From Azolla caroliniana (Eukaryota; Plantae; Polypodiophyta): a stretch of 64,000 nucleotides of DNA. Position 1 is the stretch's first letter; every line of letters starts with the position of its first letter. Shown here one piece after another: positions 62,020-64,000 of this stretch. Position numbers and translations under genes: made by a program. The stretch is taken from positions 9,176,001 through 9,240,000 of the forward strand of contig JBHGNT010000007.1 of assembly GCA_043228905.1 (NCBI GenBank). Direction: 5' to 3'. Under the pieces are notes generated by a model, which worked only from the letters and a program-made list of their open reading frames with translations, did not search any database and had not been told where the DNA came from.

Positions 62020-64000
62020 GGGCTATTTGCCCCCCCCCCCCCCAAAAAAAAAAAAACATAAATAAAAATAAATAAATAAACCTTTTTGGCCCCCTAAAAA
62101 AAAAACTTTTTAGCCCCCTATTTTGGCTATTTGCCCCTCTCCCCCCCCCCCAAAAAAAAAAAAAACCTTTTTGGCCTCCTAAAAAAAAACTTTTTAGCCC
62201 CCCTATTTTGGCTAAACTTACAACACTTCTTTCCCAATAACACTTACAACAATACCTTGTTGGAACAAATATGCTTGTCAAGTGATTTGGTTGTTGTTGT
62301 GAAGTACCAAATAGCTAAAATGAGTTATATTAATGGAAGTCAAATACAACCTTCTTGGTATTACAAAAATAAAAATAAAAATTTGATAGTTCTCACCTCA
62401 ACCAAAATGTTTTTGTGATATATATCAACTATTACACTTTACAACCTCATAAAAAGGTTTATCAACTATTACATAAAAAGGAATCGTCGTCAATAACATT
62501 CTTAGTATTGTAGGGGCAAATAGCCAAAATGGGGGGGCAAATGCATATCGCAAGTGCGTGCATTGTGACCAGCTTGATCACATTTGGAACATTTGCGACC
62601 GGTAGAGTACTCAAATAGTGACTTCTCCCTTTGGTTGGCCTTTTTGTTCTTCGACCCTGCAGGGTGACCTCGCTTCCTAGTTACCACCACTGGATTGGAG
62701 AGAGACTGCAATGGTGCTTGACTTGCCTCATCCAATCGTGTCATGAGAACAGCAACCCGGTCATCGTCAGTTTCATACAATCTTTGCTCGATTTTCCTCA
62801 TCAAACGCTTTCTGGGAGACAAACAGGGCTTAGCTATAGAGGCGTGTTGAACCATTGAACACGCAATCAAGTGCCATTGACAGTGAATATCTTCAAGATG
62901 GAATCTTTCATTTCTTTGGATGCATCTCAAAATGTCATGACAACATGGGACACCAAAACTTGATCGAAACAACCCTGTACATTCATCACCATAATTGTTG
63001 TCAATAACTTTCTTGTACTGCTCCAATAACTTGTCTAATGCGTGTTTGGATATCTTCTTTACTAGCGGCCTCATGAACTCGAGTGCATGTCGATGTGCTT
63101 GTGTAGACTTGTCATACTCCATTTTGGTGTTCAATTCTGTCAGTTGTGTGTCCAGTAGTAAACGGATTTTCTTGAATACAGTGAGCAGATCGTTATTAAC
63201 AATGCCTAAAACCCTCTTGACAACATAATGGTTGCCTTCAATGCGAGAGGTGCTGGTCATTCCAAAGTGAGGGAAGCGACCAGTCCAATAACGTACAATC
63301 TTGTCTTTGTGAATCAACCAAGTCTCGTATACATACTGCACCAACGCATCGTGACTTGGTCGCCATTTCATTTGAAACGTGGCCCAATTAGCCTCAAAAT
63401 CTAGCTCGCTGGAAGAGTATAGAAGCTGGTTCCAGTCGTCCATATAGGCATTTGTGTCGTCAGTGCTTGCAAACTTCGTCGTTGCATAGGCCAGAATGTT
63501 TTTGTTGACATGCCAGATGCAAAGCAAATTCTTTGTAGAAGGGAACACGATAGCAATTGCACTCATCAATGCAAGTTCTCGATCAGTTACAATTATTGAT
63601 GGCTTTGTCACAAATTCGAATGATTGCAATGCCCAAACATACATGGCTTCTATCTCGTTGCATATGAACGCAAATCCAGCATTGAACATACTATTTGTAG
63701 CCGTAATTCCAACGATGTTGAGCATTGGCATGCCAAATCTATTCGTTTTGTAGGTGCAATCCATGACAAATACCACATTGAACCGTCTGGCAAGATTTGC
63801 TGACTTTTGATGACAAAAGAAAAGGCCACTGATTGAGCCGTTCGAGTTCACCTTGGAATTGAAGATAAAGTCGCCAGGGGAGATCTCATCGTATAACGCT
63901 TGAATTGGCGAGCGCCCGTCAAGAAACTCGGCTCTTGCAACAACTTTTTCGTTGTGGATTTCTTTCTTGGTGGTCCATTGATTTCTGGTTTTTTCTCTCA
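62020..64000 (-). mobile_element. Second MULE family element. Terminal region 62020-62215 has C/A-run repeats
   Basis: Repeated ggctatttgcccc and ttttagcccc..tattttggcta blocks lie downstream of a MULE transposase ORF. Confidence 0.75.
62502..64000 (-). CDS. MULE (FAR1-like) DDE transposase, uninterrupted and open to the window edge (5' end outside the window)
   Basis: MDCTYKTNRF (D1), IVTDRELAL (D2), LLCIWHV (CxxH), TSRIEG (E), C..GVPCCH and C-terminal CSKCDQAGHNARTC knuckle. The frame stays open from 63851 to 64000. Confidence 0.92.
   Translation of the reverse strand, partial: REKTRNQWTTKKEIHNEKVVARAEFLDGRSPIQALYDEISPGDFIFNSKVNSNGSISGLFFCHQKSANLARRFNVVFVMDCTYKTNRFGMPMLNIVGITATNSMFNAGFAFICNEIEAMYVWALQSFEFVTKPSIIVTDRELALMSAIAIVFPSTKNLLCIWHVNKNILAYATTKFASTDDTNAYMDDWNQLLYSSSELDFEANWATFQMKWRPSHDALVQYVYETWLIHKDKIVRYWTGRFPHFGMTSTSRIEGNHYVVKRVLGIVNNDLLTVFKKIRLLLDTQLTELNTKMEYDKSTQAHRHALEFMRPLVKKISKHALDKLLEQYKKVIDNNYGDECTGLFRSSFGVPCCHDILRCIQRNERFHLEDIHCQWHLIACSMVQHASIAKPCLSPRKRLMRKIEQRLYETDDDRVAVLMTRLDEASQAPLQSLSNPVVVTRKRGHPAGSKNKKANQREKSLFEYSTGRKCSKCDQAGHNARTCDMHLPPHFGYLPLQY

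Overview
Eukaryotic, TE-rich nuclear DNA from a land plant. It is most likely a fern or other non-seed plant, inferred from a Tcn1-type chromovirus, fern-style PLS-PPR motifs and heavy (CATA)n/(GA)n load. Four intron-containing host genes can be reconstructed by hand: a five-finger CCCH zinc-finger protein (+, 12817-15838), Elongator subunit ELP1 (+, 21490-27311), a PLS-class PPR protein (-, 31012-28760) followed by what looks like a decayed E+/DYW domain, and a GDSL esterase/lipase (+, 35578-38133). The rest is nested mobile DNA with many resolvable TSDs: LINE fragments, two copies of a SWIM-type Mutator-like (MULE) family (one next to a Ulp1 protease remnant), a full-length Gypsy chromovirus, a Copia nested in a Copia, solo LTRs, MITEs, and a second MULE transposase whose frame is open to the window edge. 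The most notable signals are: (i) the chromovirus has no tRNA PBS but a perfect 12-nt self-priming match to its own predicted 5' end; (ii) two dissimilar LTRs carry antisense tRNA-like Pol III A/B boxes upstream of their TATA box; (iii) three different Copia families share a stem-loop enclosing the polypurine tract; (iv) a young 6x237-bp satellite made from Gypsy RNase H sequence; (v) a plastid trnT-GGU relic. All calls were made by eye and no database search was run.
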